From the IMG/VR virus record IMGVR_UViG_3300046167_000798: DNA of 64,000 nucleotides; one strand, given 5' to 3'. Origin of the DNA: a virus (Duplodnaviria; Caudoviricetes). The notes beneath the pieces are model-generated. The model did no database searches and was not told where the DNA came from. It worked only from the letters and a program-made list of their open reading frames with translations. Shown one piece after another: positions 59,891 to 64,000 of the stretch. Position numbers and translations under genes: made by a program. Every line of letters starts with the position of its first letter. The stretch's first letter is position 1.

Positions 59891-60166
59891 CTATATTTGC
59901 TTATAAATTTCTCTTTTTTCATATTCTATATATTCTTTGGGTTTCTCAATATAATCCTTAAATGGATGTGTGTTAAATTCTCGTGTTACATCTTTAGCGT
60001 ATCTTTCTTCAGGTGTATCGTGTTTTAACCAAGAAGAATCCCATTCAATAGAATTCCAATAAGTATGTAAATCTCTACCACAGGCTTCCCACTTCTCCAT
60101 CATAATACGCTGAGGTAAAGAACTGTACTCTTTAGCTTTGAGTTGGTGTTTTAGTTGGTTTTCCAT
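59891..60166 (-). CDS. Hypothetical protein
   Basis: 91-aa ORF. Confidence 0.55.
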   Translation of the reverse strand: MENQLKHQLKAKEYSSLPQRIMMEKWEACGRDLHTYWNSIEWDSSWLKHDTPEERYAKDVTREFNTHPFKDYIEKPKEYIEYEKREIYKQI

Positions 60167-60387
60167 TCTATTAACATTTGATATAATTCAGATAATGAAT
60201 TTAATCTATCTGCATCTTCTTTATAATATTCACCACAATCTTTCATGTAATTTAAAAACTTAAGTTCTCGTTGTAAATCCCATTCATAAACTGTATTATG
60301 GCCTTTACAGTAATAGTTGTATATAGTATCATAAAAGATGTTTATCCATTTCATCTTGTTATCATCTATCTTTTGTAAATCTACCAT
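60151..60387 (-). CDS. Hypothetical protein
   Basis: 78-aa ORF. Confidence 0.55.
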   Translation of the reverse strand: MVDLQKIDDNKMKWINIFYDTIYNYYCKGHNTVYEWDLQRELKFLNYMKDCGEYYKEDADRLNSLSELYQMLIEWKTN

Positions 60388-60611
60388 TATCTATTTTCTT
60401 TTTTATATTGGTTATATTCATTAGCTATCATATTAAGAACTTCAGCTTCACCTTCGTAATAATATCCCTTTTTCTATTATCTTGGTAATTACCTCTCTAA
60501 CTTGCATTCCTACCTCTTCGGTAAATCTGACCATATTATCTTTTACGAAGTTATCCATCTTCTTTAGATTCTTCAATTGTTCTTTATCTACGAATGTTGC
60601 GTTATTATACA

Positions 60612-60818
60612 TTATATAATTTTATTATCTATTGTGTTCTTTTTAGTTCTAACTAATCTAGCCAACTCATTAAGTTGGAATTGTTCAATACTAGAATACT
60701 TTCCTCTAAGGATAACTTCATTAGCAAGGTTTAACCAAAATCCTTCTAATCTGTGTAGTTGATTATGTAACCATATCTTCTGTGTACCTGTAAGTAGGAA
60801 TCTATATTCTTCTTTCAT
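60612..60818 (-). CDS. Hypothetical protein
   Basis: 68-aa ORF. Confidence 0.5.
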   Translation of the reverse strand: MKEEYRFLLTGTQKIWLHNQLHRLEGFWLNLANEVILRGKYSSIEQFQLNELARLVRTKKNTIDNKII

Positions 60819-60918
60819 TAATATATTTTATTAGTTCTATTGTAATAACAATCAAGTAGTTCTTCCGCTACTTCTAATGAGATACGATTCTCATTGTACA
60901 TTTTCCATATTAGTTTAT

Positions 60919-61587
60919 TCATAAATTGTGTCGTTTTTTAAATACTTCATATATTCTATCTGCTACAACCTTGTATCCTTTTTCGTTTGGATGATTGCAT
61001 GGAGCAGTATGTTCTTTGTGTTCTTCATCTGTACCCCAACTTAAAACATGGTATCTAGGATTTAACCAATATTTACTTCGATAAAGTTTCTCCATCGCAT
61101 TTTGGGTATCCCAACAACTATGTATTAAACTTAAGTTACAATGGTTGTTTTCACATATTTGTTCTAACATCTTAATATAAAAGATTTGTTCTTGTTTTGT
61201 TGCTTTATCGGGTTCTGTATGAAATAACTTATAAACCATATCATCATCAAAATCGGTTATCATAAAATGTTGAATTTCTTTAACATCCCAATAGAAGGAT
61301 AATCTTGTTGGGTCTGGTAAGAAGAACAATACATAAATTTCCCAATCGGCATATTCCTCAAAGTTTACTTGTTCTACCATTTCCTTGATTATACCTGAAG
61401 TTGACCATCCACGACCTGAAACGTTTATTAGTTTATCGAATCCTAATTTTTCACATAATAGTGGAGGCCATCCTTGTTTAGATGGATTCTCTGTTCCTTC
61501 TCCATAAGTTAAAGAACACCCTAATGTTATTAACAATTTTCTTATTTGATTTTCTCGTCCCAATATAAAACTTTTATTTGATACCAT
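60919..61587 (-). CDS. SGNH-like hydrolase/acyltransferase
   Basis: LITLGCSLTYGEG, INVSGRGWS, CNHPNEKGYKVVA. Confidence 0.65.
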   Translation of the reverse strand: MVSNKSFILGRENQIRKLLITLGCSLTYGEGTENPSKQGWPPLLCEKLGFDKLINVSGRGWSTSGIIKEMVEQVNFEEYADWEIYVLFFLPDPTRLSFYWDVKEIQHFMITDFDDDMVYKLFHTEPDKATKQEQIFYIKMLEQICENNHCNLSLIHSCWDTQNAMEKLYRSKYWLNPRYHVLSWGTDEEHKEHTAPCNHPNEKGYKVVADRIYEVFKKRHNL

Positions 61588-61722
61588 ATCTCTTTAGGTA
61601 CTCTGATAAACAGTACTCTAATCCATATAAGTATATTTTTCATTAAATGCATAACCTCGAACTCATTATCGGTAAACATAATAATATCAGCTCACCTGGT
61701 AGTATAGGTAATAGTAATGCTA

Positions 61723-61962
61723 CTATATAAAATGATATATAACTAATATCGTTATACCCCATACTATAATACTCCCTACTATGGATATTAACCAACCTAT
61801 CCAAGGCTTACGTTTAATTCCATGTAACTTATCTATCTCTCTTTCTGATAACTCATAATTAAAGATAGAATCTATCTCTTCTTGAGTCATGACATCGCCT
61901 CTATCTTTTTGTTGTATCTGTCTTCTTAACTTTTTTAAATGTTCTCTTGCTGGATTTCCCAT
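61723..61962 (-). CDS. Small C-terminally anchored membrane protein
   Basis: Hydrophobic C-terminus. Confidence 0.55.
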   Translation of the reverse strand: MGNPAREHLKKLRRQIQQKDRGDVMTQEEIDSIFNYELSEREIDKLHGIKRKPWIGWLISIVGSIIVWGITILVIYHFI

Positions 61963-62212
61963 ATAAATTCTAATATTAAATTAATAACCTCGTACTCCCC
62001 TAAATGAGAGCTACTAGTAGGAGGTGCTCATTTTTATTTATATACCTCCTTAACATACTATGTTACACCTATGGGTGTACTACTATGTTTTTTCCTATGG
62101 GTAAAAAAATTGACCTCGATAAAAAAACGAGTCCGAGCCCCATTACCCTTTTTTCTTTTTTCCTCAGTTACAAGAAACCTCACCCCCCCCCCTCTTTGGG
62201 AGGAGTTGTGAT

Positions 62213-62452
62213 TTAGTCTTGAATTACCACAACATCACTTAGTTGTGCCTTTACATACTTTTCTTTGGAATTAATCAACCTTTCAGATTCGAAGGTTTCA
62301 ATTGCGGTGATACATTTTTCAAGAGTGATATATCTCCTCTCTATAAAGTAACTCCTCAACTTTGGTGCTTTTAAAACTGTAACCATATTAGGGAAGTTCT
62401 CAGTCGGAGTATCTTCTATGATTACGTTTCTGTGTTTGTACTGTTTACTCAT
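62213..62452 (-). CDS. Hypothetical early protein
   Basis: 79-aa ORF. Confidence 0.6.
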   Translation of the reverse strand: MSKQYKHRNVIIEDTPTENFPNMVTVLKAPKLRSYFIERRYITLEKCITAIETFESERLINSKEKYVKAQLSDVVVIQD

Positions 62453-62529
62453 ATTTGTTTATAGTTTATATACTACTGTTATATATAGTATGTGAGCTAG
62501 TAGTATGATTACTTCACATACCGAAAATC

Positions 62530-62781
62530 TTATTTTATAATTCCTACACTTCTTAAGAACGCATCTCCCACTAAGGGTTCAACTGAATCTTTAACTGCCA
62601 TAATTACTTTTGAATCGAATTGTCTTTGGATAAAGTAATCCAATTTTTGGTGAATCCTATCTATCTCCCTCAAGTCAGGTTCTTTCGTATTCATTACCTC
62701 ATCATTTAACTTACCAGTCCAATACTGAATTTTACCCATGTACCCATTTTCATACTTACTCATTTTACTCATTTTACTCAT
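62530..62781 (-). CDS. Hypothetical early protein
   Basis: YLGKIQYW-like motif (YMGKIQYW); follows the promoter cassette at 62816. Confidence 0.6.
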   Translation of the reverse strand: MSKMSKMSKYENGYMGKIQYWTGKLNDEVMNTKEPDLREIDRIHQKLDYFIQRQFDSKVIMAVKDSVEPLVGDAFLRSVGIIK

Positions 62782-62869
62782 AATTTACGTTTTATTGATT
62801 ATCCTTATTTACATAGTAAATATACGAAATATATTTGAATTGACCAAGCAATTAGTGAATTATTTTTCA

Positions 62870-62882
62870 TGACAATTTGTCA
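62870..62882. promoter_or_regulatory. TGACA-N3-TGTCA palindrome
   Basis: TGACA-ATT-TGTCA just upstream of the early promoter cassette. Confidence 0.6.
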
Positions 62883-63016
62883 ACCTCGTTCTTGTAGTAT
62901 TACTCCCACCCTCAACCACCCTAAAGGTACGAAAAAAAATCCACATATACAAGTTTTTAGGGTAAAAGTTATTAACACCCAATTGTGGATAACTTTATTG
63001 TTAATAACTTTATGAC

Positions 63017-63389
63017 AAAAAAAACCCACCAAGTGAGACCAGATGTTTCTAGGTGGGTGGTTCGGAATGAACACTTAGGATAGGAGAGAGAGTGTGGTCT
63101 CCTTTATAACCACTTTATATCGGAGGAAACCCCTTACCTCCTAGTGGTAATCATCGATTTGGTGCGTAGTATCATTTCATCGCCTGTGACACCTCATCGT
63201 TATATGTGGTAATTCGTTGTTTAGAGTGAGAAAAATTACCTAACAGCTCACATTTCGTTAAAAGAGATTCAGTTTTTATAGTAGGTGTATCTCCTAACAC
63301 TACTGACGGCCTCTAATTCTATTAAGAGGAGGTCTTTTGGATTAACTAGAGAGGGAATCAAACCCTATTTTCTCAATCATCAATCATTT
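63017..63389 (-). ncRNA. Candidate ~370-nt structured non-coding RNA
   Basis: Early promoter at 63395-63410, no ORF, at least six hairpins, and a CCCACC/GGTGGG stem plus T8 terminator at 63017-63057. Confidence 0.6.
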
Positions 63390-63443
63390 ACTATGTAAAT
63401 ATACGAAAAAAAATCCATATATCCTAGTCTTTTCTTGTTTTTT

Positions 63444-63629
63444 TTACAAATTCTTTTCTCCAAGGTATAGACCTACTGAATAGGATATCAATGCAACCCC
63501 CATTATCACTATACTTTCCAAAGGATTCTTCATAGCAAATAACAAAAGGGAGAAAAACCCTCGAATAATCATCGGTAACACTAACAGATCAGCTAACCCT
63601 ATTACTACACCTACCCCTATATAGGGCAT
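63444..63629 (-). CDS. Small membrane protein
   Basis: Hydrophobic 61-aa ORF after the promoter variant at 63671-63683. Confidence 0.5.
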   Translation of the reverse strand: MPYIGVGVVIGLADLLVLPMIIRGFFSLLLFAMKNPLESIVIMGVALISYSVGLYLGEKNL

Positions 63630-63809
63630 CTAACTTTATTATATCTCTCATATCAATCATAATTACAGGTACAATATACGAAATTTATTCCACATATACA
63701 AGCATTTTTTAACATTTATTTTTCATTTATTTCAGTTCCTACACTCACACTCCCACCCACAACCACCCTAAAGATACAACTTTTTTTTGGATTGCACAAA
63801 TAAAAAGGA

Positions 63810-63957
63810 TGACAATGTGTCATAGTACGAGGGATTTACGATTTTTTCAATAAATGCTCCTTTTTTTACGAATTCTCTAAAATGATGACATTGTGTCACG
63901 TGCGTCGTATTACGAATTTCATAATTGGGGGTTAGGGTGTGAACTGACAAGGTGTCA
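63810..63957. repeat. Three TGACA-N3-TGTCA palindromes
   Basis: 63810-63822, 63886-63898 and 63945-63957. Confidence 0.7.
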
Positions 63958-64000
63958 TATTCACTTAGGAAAAAAAATTGACCAGACGAAACACACACTA

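Noticed and set aside
53546-61997. Invertible segment between inverted 12-20-bp repeats
   Set aside because: No recombinase is in the window and all enclosed genes keep the genome-wide orientation. Kept only as a repeat family.
63810-63957. CRISPR array or mini-array
   Set aside because: The repeats are only 13 bp, spacing is irregular (76 and 59 bp), and no cas gene is present.
62880-63998. ORFs 62880..63074 and 63768..63998
   Set aside because: They run across a terminator, promoters and palindromes and have no protein-like features.

Overview
This AT-rich 64-kb window comes from a large tailed dsDNA phage with a contractile-tail baseplate, and nearly all genes lie on the minus strand. 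The host is inferred to be Bacteroidota, because about 13 intergenic TTG-N~20-TA(T/C)nTTT(G/A) promoters match the Bacteroidota housekeeping consensus. Reading along the window: a DNA primase; a late structural module with gp5-like spike, gp25, gp6, gp7-like and accessory baseplate/fibre genes under a TATTTATA motif; a gp55-like late sigma factor with a carbamoyltransferase and a secreted lysozyme-like protein; and metabolic genes (def, metK, thyA, SET, SF2 helicase, flavodoxin-like oxidoreductase, MazG, uvsE, iscA, Hsp20, 5'-nucleotidase, phoH, dCMP deaminase). There are five tRNAs, many glycan-modifying-type enzymes including a GH6 cellulase, and a promoter-dense, gene-poor right end. About 20 single-base insertions split genes and look like sequencing errors. 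The best novelty candidates are a late-expressed permuted ATP-grasp ligase fused to three tandem Hint domains, with a small ORF, GNAT and 2OG oxygenase; a ~370-nt structured ncRNA; a miniature tRNA mimic; and Shine-Dalgarno sites on late genes in a host lineage that normally ignores them. All family assignments come from motif recognition by eye; no searches were run.
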